A stretch of 64,000 nucleotides of DNA from Narcine bancroftii (taxonomy: Eukaryota). Shown here piece after piece: positions 1-12,466 of the stretch (positions within the stretch are counted from its first letter, which is position 1; each line of letters starts with the position of its first letter). A program made the position numbers and the translations under genes. The stretch is from positions 206,460,001 to 206,524,000 of the forward strand of contig NC_091473.1 in the NCBI RefSeq assembly GCF_036971445.1. The letters are read 5' to 3'. Below the pieces are notes generated by a model. That model saw only the letters and a program-made list of their open reading frames with translations, was not told where the DNA came from and made no database searches.

Positions 1-698
1 AATGGCGTTTTCTCCCCTTTTCCCCCTATATTCACTCCCTCCTTCCCACTCCCCTCCAAACCCGTTAAACGTTCAGCATATGCAATAGAATAAAACTATT
101 AAACAATATCATAACTCAATGAAAATAAACAAGAAAATTTTGTAATCTACCTTTACACACTGGATCAGGTCATTTTGTCTTCTTCTTATTTTATCATTTT
201 AGGGGATGGAGGTCCGTGGTAAGCCTTCTCTGTTGTGTTCCATGTACGGTTCCAAAGGTTGTTCAAATAATGTGACTTTATCTTTTAAATTATATGGGTT
301 TTTTTTCAATGGAATACATTTATTCATTTCTATGTACTATTTGCTGTACTCACAGGCTCTCTTCTGATTTCCAAGTTGAAATTATAATTTTTTTGCTACA
401 GCTACGGCTAACGCAAGAAATCTTTTTTTTTTCCGCTTCATCCAGTTTGAAGCCTATTTCTTTACTTCTTATATTACTTAATAGAAGGATCTCTGGATTT
501 CTTGGTATGTTACTTTTTGTGACTTTATTTAATACCTGATTTAGATCTTCCCAAACGTTTTTCACTTTCTCACATGCCCAAATTGCATGTACTGTTGTTC
601 CCGTTTCCTTCTTACAGTGAAAACATCTATCTGATAATGTTGGATACCATTTCTTTAACTTTTTGGGCGTGATATATAGCCTGTGTAACAAATTATAT
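1..698 (-). mobile_element. L1-clade LINE 3' end (ORF2 C-terminal Cys-rich domain plus 3' UTR), cut by provirus at 698
   Basis: ORF 350-691 LHRLYITP..RCFHCKKETGTTVHAIWAC is the typical L1/Tx1 ORF2 C-terminal Cys/His motif. Confidence 0.85.
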
Positions 699-1165
699 TG
701 TCAGAAGTATAAATTCTCACACATGAGTCTCTTTAAAGTCGGTGACACGACAAGCTTTATTTACAAGTCTGCAGAGTTGGACTCAACTGGCTTCTCGCCA
801 AGTCAAGCCCCGATACATGCAGTGCATTGATTTTTATACCTTTTTTCCTTGTCCTTCCCCTCCTCTTTAACAGTGTTTTAATTGGTTTGTTTGTGCAAAA
901 TCATTCTAAGTACACTTGCATTTGTAATTATCATGTTAGTCACGTACACTACGAACTCTGCACACACTAAATTCTGTTTTTCACACTTTTATCAATCTTT
1001 GGCTCCTACATGTCTCTTTGTGACCATGAAAGATTTCTGCTTGTTATAACATTGTCCAGCTAAACTTTTATGGAAAGCTCCCTGTCTATTCTGGCTTCCC
1101 CTTTTATGATTAATCATCACATTTTAACTTAAGCCCCTTTTAACCTAAATTCTCTATCTATAACA
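699..1165 (-). repeat. 3' LTR of class I ERV (~467 bp)
   Basis: Starts TGTTA right after PPT AAGAAAGAAAGGGGTGGAT (1166-1184), ends CTGACA at the L1 junction; TATAAAA at ~832-838 and AATAAA at 756-761 (minus). Confidence 0.8.
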
Positions 1166-1197
1166 ATCCACCCCTTTCTTTCTTTAAAATGTGTGTA

Positions 1198-2938
1198 CTA
1201 TTTTTGAATGGGGGCCTTAACCCAGGGAAGAGAACCATCTTCTGATAAATTAATTTCGTGCTGAAGTAAAATTCTAACTGGGTCTCCCAGGCCCCCTGGC
1301 TGCATGGTCTGCTGGACCATCGAAATCACTAGGCTGCGCAGACAGGGAATAAGACAGGGTAAAACAAGCAGGAGGAACAAAACACCCCCGATGACCCACA
1401 ATAAGGTGCGCCACCATGTTCCTCCAAACCATTTGTCCAACCAATTTAATTTTGCGAAAGGATGCCAGGTCTGGACTGGTACATGGGACAAAGTGCGAAT
1501 ATTATCAGCGATTTTGCGAACATTATCATCAATCTTTAAGCAGCAGTTAGTCAAATTAAGCTTTCCACATACACCCCCTTCTGTGGCCAGCAAATAGTCC
1601 AGGGCCAGACGGTTCTGATAGATGGCAGAGCGCATCTGACCCTGCTGGGATGCAAGCAATTGCAGGGCTAGAGCCGTTTGGTTTGTAACAATCTCAAGGA
1701 CCGCCTGCAAGCGAATAATGCGATTTAGCATATAAATAGGAGTACGGTAACCCCAGGATCCATCTTGGGCCCATGTAGCGGGACCATAATATTCAATTAT
1801 TCGTTCCGTAGGCCATTCATCTCACCACTGTCCCAAATGCACCGTGCTGGAGCGGGGTCGACGGTGTAATGCATCAAAAACCTTCACTCCCAATCTATGA
1901 CCGTGATCGTGGGGTAGGAGGAAAAATTCTGGGCGGATTATTCCCAGGAAACAAGTTCCACTCCACTGCAAGGGGAGGCGGGTATACGCTTCATCACCAC
2001 ACACCCAGAATAACCCATTTGGGGAGACTCCATATCCCCGTTCCCAAACCCTTTAAAGGGTGGGGTTTGATTGGTTTGGTCCTGTGATGGTGGAGCTGCT
2101 ACAATTCCAAAGCTGAAAACAGCTATTAGACAGGGGTAGGCAATCAGTCTTAAAACAGTGGATAGGAACCAAGTCAGGTGTTTAGGAAACCAAGTGAAAT
2201 TACCAGGCGAAATGCGGATCCATACAGCCTTGCAGGGACTTTTTCCTACCGGGTACTTGCCGGCTCGTGAGAGGCAATAAAAACCGGAGGGGACGTTGGA
2301 AAGAGACCAATTCTCCCTTGACCTTGTTCGGTTAGTGGTCCAAACCCGGGAGATCATGGTCCATGAGTCGAGGGACTCCCCCACCAAGGCCATTGCTCTG
2401 ACATCCGTGGACCTCCGCAGACCCAACAATTGGTTACATTAAAAGTTCCTGCAATTCTAGTTGCAAGATCAACAAAAAGGTTGTCTCCCCCAACTGCGTG
2501 GCCAAAACTTTCATGGCCATTTGGATGGACCTGAACCAAGTCCGGATGCCCCAAAGGGGCAGGCACTCCCGAGTGTGGAGTGGGACTCTCTACCGGAACA
2601 GTAGGCTGGTGTATGCAGAACCAGAGTCCATTAGGGCATGGTGGGCCTGACTCACCCTCCCAGGGCCAACCGTTAAGAGGGAAAGGAGTACTATTAGGAA
2701 TCTGTATATAATGACCCACACTACTTCCCTCATTCTCCGTACAAGGGGTATATGGATGTTGGGTGGTATTTTCTGTCCAGCATTTCTTAGGAATTGAGGT
2801 ATGGGAAATGAAACTACCCTCCTTTCTTTCCCAAGTGCGGTCCTGAAAAAGGTCTACTGTGTCTCTGCACTTCTTACACTTCAGACCTGACAAAGACATA
2901 GGCAAACCAAGAAAAACCAAAGCATATAACAATAACAT
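1198..2938 (-). pseudogene. env: Gamma-type envelope, ERV3/HERV-R-like, with frameshifts and one stop
   Basis: Signal peptide MLLLYALVFLG, SU CWVC motif, furin site [53 protein letters not shown]7CC ([10 protein letters not shown]), TM helix; spread over ORFs 2354-2944, 1938-2429, 1822-2004, 1198-1731. Confidence 0.93.
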
Positions 2939-2944
2939 TGTCAA

Positions 2945-5900
2945 TCAAGTCTTCCTGCGAAATCGCAAAGTAAGAGGTTTGTCTCCAGGAACACAGTCCA
3001 ATCTGAGTCCGTATCAGGGTCCTGAGGCGCCTCTACAGGTCCCTTAAATCTGGATGCGTGCGTCCACCCCTTCTCTCTTGTTCGTACTGCAGTCAAGAGA
3101 ACTTGGAATGGACCTTCCCACTGTGGCTGGAGTTTTTCAGTTTTTCAGGTTTTGATGAGAATCCAGTCTCCCGGTTCCACCTTGTGTAAAGAAAAGTCTA
3201 GAGGTGGTGTTTGTGCCAATAGTCCCCTCTTTCGTAAATCTGTAAGAGAGCGTGACAGTGCCTGTAAATAGTTCCTAACAAAAATATCCCCTTCCGCCAA
3301 GGTGGGACACCCCTCAACTGTTCTCCAGAAGGGAAACCCAAACATCATATCATAAGGTGGCACCCCCACATCCCTGCGTGGGGCAGTACGAATTCTCAAT
3401 AAGGCCAGGGGCAGACACTTTATCCAAGGCATTTTAATCTCCACCATTAATTTTGTCAATTGCGTCTTTAGGGTTCCATTCATACGTTCAACCCTCCCTG
3501 AGCTTTGTGGATGCCAAGGGGTATGCATTTTCCAAGAGACCTGCAATGCATCACAAATCAATTGCTGGACTTTGGAGAAAAAATGTGGACCCCTGTCCGA
3601 CTCTATAGAATCCATTATGCCATATCTGGGGATCACCTGCTCTAGGAGGAGGCGAGCTACTGTGGAGGCTGTAGCATTTACTGTTGGGAAGGCTTCCACC
3701 CATCGGGTAAAGTGATCTATCACCACCAACAGATACTTCCATCTTTGGACTTGAGGTAACTCCGTGAAGTCAATCTGTATTCTTTGCAAGGGGAGTATGG
3801 CCAACGGTTGACCTCCCACGGTACTCATCCTCATTACCTTCTTATTAATTCTTGTGCAGATGTGGCAGTTCTGCACCTCCTGTTGGGCCAATGTATAGAT
3901 CCCCTCACACACATATTCTCGAAGCATTGTGTCGCACAAGGCCTGGATGCCCCAGTGGTTCTGATGATGCAGGTGTTTTAAAATATTGCGAGTTATTTCC
4001 TTATTTAGAACCATTCTTCCATCCGGTGTCTTCCATGTTCCATCAGGCAGCTGGCTTGCGCCCAGCTGAGCCATGTCCTTTTCTTCCTTAGCAGTGAAAA
4101 TGGGAGCTTTTTTATACCTTGTCTTATTGGGATTAAGGTCAGCAAACGGACTTCCTGTTGCATGGCCGCCCTTTTGGCCTCTTCATCAGCCAGTCTGTTC
4201 CCAATTGCGGTCGGGGTATCTTCCATCTGATGGCCTGGTATGGAGACCACTGCTATTTCCCGGGGTAATCTCAGGGCTTCCAAAGTCAGAGTAATCATCT
4301 GTTCGTGTGCTAATTCCTTTCCTCTTGATGTAACCAGACCGCGCTCCTTCCAGATCTTACCAAAGGTATGCACTACCCCGTATGCATATTTGGAGTCAGT
4401 GTAAATTGTTCCAGTTTTCTCTGCCAGTACTCTGAGGGCTCTCTGCAAGGCATATAGTTCACAGGACTGTGCCGACCAGCTTCCGGGTAGCCTCGCGGAT
4501 TCTACCACTTCCCAAGCATCTCCTTCTATTATGGCATACCCGCTTCTCCTCATTCCGTCAACACATCTGGCGGAGCCGTCAATGTAGAATTCATATCCCT
4601 CTCCCAGGGGAGTATCGCAAAGGTCCTCTCGGGTCTTGGTCTGGAGATCCGTCAACTCGACACAGTCGTGCTCCACTTCTTCCCCTGTTTCACTGCCGTA
4701 TAAAAACTGAGCTGGGTTGCAACTATTATTCTTAGCAAACTGTAGGTTTTCTCCAACCATTAAAATGGTCTCGTACTTTAATATGCAGGAATCAGTCAGC
4801 CATCGATGGGCGGTTTGTGCTAATAGAACACTCACAGAATGGGAGGTGTACACAGTCATCCTTCCTCCAAAAGTGAGTTTGCGTGCCTCCTCCACCAACA
4901 GAGCAGCAGCCGCTACTCCCTGGATACACGTCGGCCATCCGCGAGACACTGGGTCCATCATTTTGGACAGGAAAGCCACTGGGTGTCGCTGACCGCCTTT
5001 TTCCTGCGTCAAAACTCCCACAGCTGTTACTTGGTTATGAGTGACAAATAGCTGGAAGGGTTGTTTTAAAGAGGGCAGAGTGAGTACCGGGGCCCGCGTC
5101 AGGCGATGCTTCAAGTCCTCAAACCATCCCTTCTCCTCCTGGGTCCATTTCAATGGATATTCATCTTCATTTGTCAGCTTTTTATACATAAACTTCACCA
5201 ACGCTGAGTAGTCCTCTATCCATAACCTACAGTAACTTAAGAGCCCCAGGAATTGTCTTATTTCCTTCTTATTACGGGGTAACGGCATTCTGGTGATTCC
5301 CGTAATCCATTCAGGGGTAATCCGTCTCTGTCCTTTACTTATCTGGTGTCCAAGGTATACCACAGCCCTCTCAACGAACTGTAACTTGTTCCTGGACACT
5401 CGCAGACCCTTTTTCCCCAGATAATTCAAGAGTCTAATTGTATCTCCCCTCATTTCCTGTTCCTTGGGTCCTGATAACAGCAGATCATCCACATTCTGCA
5501 TCAGTTGGGAATCATCATACCGTGGATAGTCCGCCAAGATCTGTTCTAGCATTTGTCCAAACAGGTTCGGAGATTCAGTGAACCCTTGGGCCAATACGGT
5601 CCACCGAAGCTGCCTCCGTCTACCTGTCCATGGATTCTCGCATTCAAACGTGAACATATCTCTACTTCCCTCTTCTAGTGGGCACGTCCAGAAGGCATCC
5701 TTCAGGTCGATAACACTAAACCACTCATGGTCTGGGGGAATCCGACTCATGATAGTATAGGGATTGGGCACCACCGGGTGGCGGGTTTGAACAATAGCAT
5801 TCAAACTTCTCAGATCCTGTACTAGACGATAGGATCCATCTGGCTTCTTTACTGGGAGTATAGGGGTGTTATAGGGTGACATGCATTCCTCCAAAAGTCC

Positions 5901-6461
5901 GTCTCGTATTAGGGTCTCAATTACCGGCTGTAGACCCTTCCTCCCTTCCAAAGAAATAGGATACTGACGTTTCCTTACCGGCTGATGACCTGGTATTAAT
6001 GTGACATGTAAAGGTGGGATGTCCAGACCTCCTCGATTTCCCTTCTTATACCAGACTCTCTCGTCAATCTGCCGTTCATCCTCCTCCTTCAGAGCACAGA
6101 GGTGGACTCGCACTTCTCCGTCCACGGGGAGAGCACCCAAACCTAGGAGAGCCTGTAAATCTCTTCCTCAGAGGTTAAATCCGGCCGACGGTAACAACAA
6201 GAGGTCCTGTACCCCTTCTCTCCCTTCCAGCTTCACGGTCACTTGGGGATTTATCGATACCGTTCTGGGAGCCCCTTCTATCCCAGAAATTTTCAAATTG
6301 CTTTTTACAGGCTCGGTCCCAATTGGCACAGTTATTACACTACTTCGTTCCGCTCCCGTGTCCACCATAAACACCACCTCTTCTCCCTGGGGACCAATTT
6401 TCAGTTTTACCAAGGGTTCCCTCTTATACTTGGTCCCCAACACCCGGAACCCCTGACCCCC
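2945..6461 (-). pseudogene. pol: pro-pol (protease, RT, RNase H, integrase) of class I ERV
   Basis: Protease FMVDTGA; in-frame stop in NL*GRD; RT IDLKDAF and NVDD (mutated YVDD); RNaseH YIDGS/YTDS; frameshift near 4075; integrase HHCC and QIDF..SDRG..VERMN. Confidence 0.95.
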
Positions 6462-6464
6462 CTA
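6388..6464 (-). promoter_or_regulatory. gag amber stop readthrough signal with predicted H-type pseudoknot
   Basis: TAG GGGGGTCA G GGGTTCC...GGAACCC stem, plus TGGGGACCAA/TTGGTCCCCA second stem; pro is in frame with gag. Confidence 0.8.
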
Positions 6465-7951
6465 ATCTTCTTCCATGAGTTCAAGGGTCCGCACTTCCCT
6501 CTTATATCGGGGGCATTCCCTCTTGAAGTGTCCTTCTTCGTTACAGTAATAGCACTTAGCGGGTCTCCTGGGTCTCCCCTCTCTTGGATATCTTGGGTTG
6601 CTTAGAGGAGGGTTTTGTTTCCTTTCCCCTCTGGACTCGGCATTTATCTGTCGGATAGTCTGTACCATAATCTTCGCTGCCCTCTTTTGACCTTCCTCTT
6701 CCCTCTGCACATATACTCTTTGCGCCTTTTTCAACAGGTCGCTCAAGGGTTTTTCATTCCAGCCCTCCTCCTTTTTTAGTTTCTTCCTAATGTCCTGCCA
6801 CGATTTGGACACAAATTCAATTCGAATAAGCTGTTCACCCATTGGTGTACTAGGGTCCACACCCGCACGCTGTTGGACATTCTTTCTCACCCTCTCCAAG
6901 AAATCAGTAGGGGACTCATCTTTCCCCTGGTGGTTCCCAAATGCCTTGGCGAAATTGTGACCCTTTGGCACAGCCTCCCGTATTCCTTTAATCGTCCACT
7001 CTCTGTATTGTCTCATACTTGCCAATCCCTCGGGTGTTCGTTTGTCCCACCTGGGTTCATTCAGGGGATATTTTTGTTCATGGGGTCTGGGGTCCCCAGG
7101 TTGTTCACGTTCCCACATGAGGAGGGCAGCCTGTCGAATCATCTGCCTCTCCTGGGGTGAGAATAATGTTCCCATTATTGGGTGCATCTCTTCCCAGGTA
7201 TATGTGTTTGGTCCCAGGAACTGGTCGAACTGTTCGGCCAGTCCCATGGGATCTTCCAATAGACTTTTCATTTCCTTCTTAAATCCCCGCACCTCAGTAC
7301 TGGTTAGGGGAACGTTTACATATCCCGTTCCCCCTCCCGGTCCTCCCATAGGAACTTCCCTCAGGGGATTTAGGCTTACTGGAGCCTTCGATGGTCCTGG
7401 ACCAGTCTGGGATCTGGTCCAGGGTCGGTTTACCGGTGGAAGTTTAGGGTCCGACTCCCTTAATCATCCCTTCGTTCCCGGCCCCTTCCGGGACAATCAG
7501 ATTCATCACCTTTCCCCTCCAGCAGCGAGCTTCCCTCGGGTGCAGTGGGCACCGGGGGAACATAAGGAGGGGGGAGGTTGTCCAAAGGTTCCAACTTCTT
7601 TTCTCCCGCTACCCTCAATTTAAAACATTTTGTTAAGGATCCTGGCCAGGGAACCCAACAAAATGCATATGCCGACTCTTCTTGATTCACCTTTTGTCTC
7701 GAGTTTACATATATGTTTAATGCTTGTCTAACCCAATCCTCATCAGATCCAAATTTCGGCCACCAGAACGAGGAACCTTTGATAGGCTGTTTCGACCAAA
7801 GAAGACAATATTGAACCATCTTTTTCTTGTCTTTGTCTCGATATCGTTTACTATCCCAATTTTCAAACATTCTCCCCAAAGGGCTGTCAAGGGGAACCCC
7901 CGGGAAAAGTCCTGATCTTTCAGACGAGCCCTTAGATTTTGATCCTCCCAT
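6462..7951 (-). pseudogene. gag: gag of class I ERV (frameshift near 7460-7500)
   Basis: Myristoylation start MGGSKSK, PPPY late domain, MHR QGKDESPTDFLERV, single zinc knuckle CYYCNEEGHFKREC. Confidence 0.95.
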
Positions 7952-8408
7952 TTTCCCGCCTAGATCCGTTTATCGTTGCTGAGGACCCCCCCCCCCCGTT
8001 CGGGACCCTACTCCCTTTCGTCTCGGACGCCTCGTCGGAGGTACTATCCCTCCGCCGGTTCCCGCCGAGGTTTCCCTGGGGTCTATCCTAAGGTCCCACG
8101 ACAGGGTCCTCACGCCACGACAAAGGCTCTACACCTGATTTATCGTTTTATATTTTTTTAAAATTCCGTCATGACCCTTACCTGGGTGGTCTCGTCCGTC
8201 AATCCCCACACCACAATCGTAAGTAGTCACTTACCGGTGTCTTCCTGGGGATTGAACCGTCACCCCTCTCCTTTTCGTCTTGTCGTGTCACCTTGTCCAG
8301 ATACCACTCGCTCAAGCCGCCCGAGGCGACGAGCAAGGGACTAGGAGCCGCTGAACTCAGCGGGGTGCACCACCTCCGATGTCCCCCTTTCTCACCTCCT
8401 CCCACGGC

Positions 8409-10225
8409 TTATTACATTATGGAACATTATCTGTATATAAAGTTAATTGAGATATAAGTGAAATTTTACCAATGGAGAAGGAGATTATTCAGAATATAAA
8501 AGTATTATAAAATTGAAATGATCTGATAAAATTAAATATTTAGGAATAATTGTAAATACTGAGTATTAATCTTTATATGTTAAATTATGTTCCATTATTA
8601 AAAAAAGATTAAAGCAGGTCTAATTTAGTGGAAAGATCTTCCATTAACTTCACTTGGTCGAGTTAATTGTATTAAGGTGATTTTTTCCTCGTATTCAATA
8701 TTTATTTCAATCAAAACCGTGTTCTCTTACAAAGAGTTTTTTTTCAGGATTTAAATAACGTTACGAGAGAATTTTTATGGAAAGGTAAACTACAATGGCT
8801 AGCATTAAATAAACTCACTTGGAAGTATTAGTTAGGTGGGCTTCAATTACCTGATTTTCAGAATTATTATGAAGCAGCCCAGTTGAAATTTATTAGTAGA
8901 TTGATGGATTTGGTCCAGCCTCCAAGTTGGGCTAAAGTTGAGATGTCCTGTACTCCTGAAGTTGATGTGTATCCATTTATATTTCGATGGAATGTAATTT
9001 TTTTAGGGAATATAATATGCTGATATTAAAACATTTATTAAAATTATGGATTAAAAACCTAAGATTTTAGAATCAAAAGGTAAATTGTCAATTTTAACTC
9101 CATTATATAAAAATCAGCTTATTTATTTTTCAATGTTTAAATGTCATTTAAAGAGTTGGGATTTTAAGGGTATAAAAGCATTACAGGATTGTTTTGTAGA
9201 AGGTCAGTTTCTTTCTTTTACTCAATTGAAAGAGCGTGCTGATATTGCTGAAAATTCTTTATTTGTTTATCATCAACTTCGAACCTCGGTGAAAAATATG
9301 TATGATAGAGAGATGATTTTACCTGTATTGATGGAATTCGAGTCATTTGTTTCTTCTATACCAAAGAGGGGTTACATTTCCGTTATGTATCAAGTATTAC
9401 AAGATGATATGTATAAGTCGGAAAGGGAGAAGTCTAAGCTTAAATGGGAAAATTATCTTGCTTTTGTTTTTCCTGAAGATTACTGGGCAGATATATGTCA
9501 TGATAGTGTTACTAAATTGACGAATGTACGTTTTGAAATGGTTAATTGTATTGGTTTTACATCAATTGTATTTAACACCAGAGAAATTGGAAAAAAAATG
9601 GTTTTAGTAATTCGGATTCTTGTTTTAGATGTGATATATGTACTGGAAATTATTAACATGCTGTCTGGTCTTTAATGTATTTTCAATCATTCCGGGATGA
9701 AATTAAGTTAATTTTGGAAACAATTATATAATTGTAAGTTACCACAAGATCCATCTATTTTTAATGGGTTATATGATTCCTTTAAGGGTATTAGGGTTGG
9801 ATAAATTTCAAATTGCATTTATATATATAGCATTGTCTGTAGCTTGAAAATGTGTAGCGTACATGAAAAGATAATATAGTGATTAATATAATGTGATGGC
9901 ATAATGAATTGAAATCTTGTATTGTCTTGGAAAAAAATACATATAATTTACATGACAATTATTCTATTTTATTAATAAGAGGTTACAATATTTTGAATAT
10001 ATGCATTTAGATATATTTTGATTTATTGTATACATTTAGTTTCTGTTTATATATTTTAGCTCTCCTTAGGAGAGTTGGCAGATGGGATGGGGATTTTGTT
10101 AGAAAAATTTAGTTGTCTTGTTTTTTTTATTTTATTGCCTTTTTAAGGTATACATAAAATTTTCTTTCTGGATTGTACTTTGTATTACTATTAATGACTT
10201 CAAATAAATAAAGTTTAAAAAAAAT
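8409..10225 (+). mobile_element. 5'-truncated L1-clade LINE (ORF2 3' half, 3' UTR, polyA)
   Basis: KYLGI, WKDLPLT.LGRVNCIK remnants, ORF 9085-9675, AATAAA plus A-tail at ~10203-10224. Confidence 0.85.
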
Positions 10226-11733
10226 AGAAAAGGCTTTTAGCGTCACAATCCCTAAGCCAGAACTTGGTCAAAGACCCCGTTCGATCCTGATAAAGCTAAA
10301 ATATTTTCAAGATCATGAAATAATATTGTGGGCGGTGGCAAAAGGGGCAATTCAAAGGGGAGTTCTCCTGTAGTAAAAGGGGTCAAAAGTGTTGTATTAT
10401 CTCGATATTAATGCAGCTCTGCTCAAGAGGTGGAAAATCTTTGAACTGGTCAAGTGTTTGGCAAAAAAAAAGAGGTGTGATTGTGTTTTACGTCATCCCC
10501 CGGCATGAAAATTATATTGCCGTCGGGGGGATTTTTTACAGAAAATTGCAAAAGTGCGTCTTTTTAATAATACTCTGCCTGCAGTAAATAGAGGTATAAG
10601 TGGAAACGAATAAAACGGTCAGTAAGAATTTTTTTTTTAATTGTTAAATCTGGTACACTGGCGAGACATTGATTTCTGTGTTATAAAAAGAATGGGCTTT
10701 TGGCTGTTTCTGGTTTTTTTAAAGATGATATAAGGTGTTATATATAAGGGTCTGGGGGTTCTGGGACTGAATGGGTGGAGGGTCTGAGAGTGAGAATGGA
10801 GAATCCTGGTGATCACATGGTAAGGTTAATGGCGGTGAAAAGATGATAGTGACCAGCAGAGGTGTGAGTGAACAGCGGCTTAGACTCATATTCTAATTAT
10901 GTGTGGGATGTGTTCACTTTTATTATTTTGAGGGACATGGTTGTGTGTGGGTATATATTTTGTGGTGCTATGGGCAAATGTGTTTGTGGCATCTTCTTTT
11001 TTTTTCCCAGGGCCTGTCACGGTTTGGACTTTATGGAGCAACGAGAAGGTTGTAAGATATTTGGTGTGCCGAGATGGAGGGAAAACATTTAGGGAACGAG
11101 CCCCAGTGTGATCGCTAAAAATGTAAAGTATTCTACTTAAATGTTAACGGCCTAAACAGGATGTTGAAATGAAAAAGTGTCTTAGCACACATTAAAAAGA
11201 CGAGGATAGATCTGGCCTTCCTCACGAGATGCATTTAACTGAGTGGAAACATCAGAAGCCAAAAATCAGATGTGTAGGTGAGGTTATATCCACCTCGTTT
11301 GTCGCATAAGCAAGGGAGTCACAATTCTGGTGGGAAGAGTGTTCCAATGCAGACACAGAAGGTGATTACAGACAAAACGGGAATATTTGTTATGGTACAC
11401 TGTCCGATATAATCAGAATCCTGGACCCTAGTGAACGTCTATGCCCCCAATTATGATGATGAAATATTTATACAGGAAATTTTCCTACGATTGGGAGAGG
11501 CAAATAAATATATTCTAATGGGGTAACTTTAATCTATGTCGTGATCCAGTGCTGGATAAAGCCACAAAACGAATAACTAGGACTATACTGAATGAGAGAG
11601 CTGAATTTGATAGATGTGTTGTGGAAAAATCATCCAACAGATTACTCAAAACAACATAATTCCTACTCTAGAAAAAAATTGATTTCTGGCTTCAGCCCAA
11701 ATAGAGTGTAGGATTGTGGAAGCGAATTACGGG

Positions 11734-12436
11734 TGCAATTGAAGATTCTAACCTGTTTTTTTTTAATTTGCTGCTCTTGGTATTTAAAGGCTGAGAACCT
11801 GCATGTATTTTAGAATCTGCAGACATAAGCTAAATTCCACCGAGGTGCCAGAGATGCTGTGTACGAAGAACATTTAATCTTCCTGCTTGTTTAGATCACA
11901 GACCGTCAGAGGCCTAGCCTTGATGCAAAATAAATCATTGTATTCAAAGTGATAAGCTGAAAATTATGTTATTCCTTAATAGCCTAGCATGCTAGCTTGC
12001 TTGCTTATCTTTCTTGCTGTGCTGGGAATAGGTGCTTGGGTAAGCAGTTTTTGGGTAATATAAGCCATGGTCCCGCTGCTGAAGAGAGAGACTCTCTGAC
12101 AGGTGGCAACAACTCTCAGCAAGAAGAAGAACTTCTAGAGTCCAGCCAACGTCCCGGTCAGGGGAGGTGGAGAAGATGCTACCGGCGCCCTGACAACCAA
12201 CTACAAGTGTGCAGTCATTGCCTCGCTTCAGCAGTTGGGACCAGTCCAAGCGTTGATAAGTATAGTTGGGAAGGGCTTGCATATTGTAGTGTGAAATCAG
12301 CTTTTGAATTTGTAATAAACATTTGTATAAACTGAACTGCTCTCGGTGTGTGTGTGTGTCTACTTGCTTTCTGTAGCTCATACACTGTGACCAATCTGTA
12401 ATGAACAAAGTCAGAGGTATAAGTTTACCCAAGACA
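11734..12436 (+). repeat. 5' LTR, class III ERV copy 1
   Basis: TG...AAGACA termini; matches 17971-18690 and the reverse complements of 36173-36890 and 42059-42777. Confidence 0.93.
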
Positions 12437-12438
12437 AT

Positions 12439-12456
12439 TGGCGCTGCAAGCAGGAT
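12439..12456 (+). promoter_or_regulatory. Primer binding site, tRNA-Ser(CGA)
   Basis: TGGCGCTGCAAGCAGGAT; combined with copy 2 gives TGGCGCTGTGAGCAGGAT, complementary to the vertebrate tRNA-Ser(CGA) 3' end as I recall it. Confidence 0.8.
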
Positions 12457-12466
12457 TGGTCTCAAG

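Larger units (their letters stand above)
699..8408 (-). mobile_element. Class I (gamma-like) endogenous retrovirus, gag-pro-pol-env-3'LTR; 5' LTR and PBS missing
   Basis: Collinear gag, protease, RT/RNaseH, integrase and env ORFs on minus strand, followed by PPT and LTR. Confidence 0.95.

Noticed and set aside
1304-8161. Many plus-strand ORFs over the class I provirus (e.g. 7042-7623, 6001-6456)
   Set aside because: Antisense shadows of gag/pol/env with no recognisable motifs.
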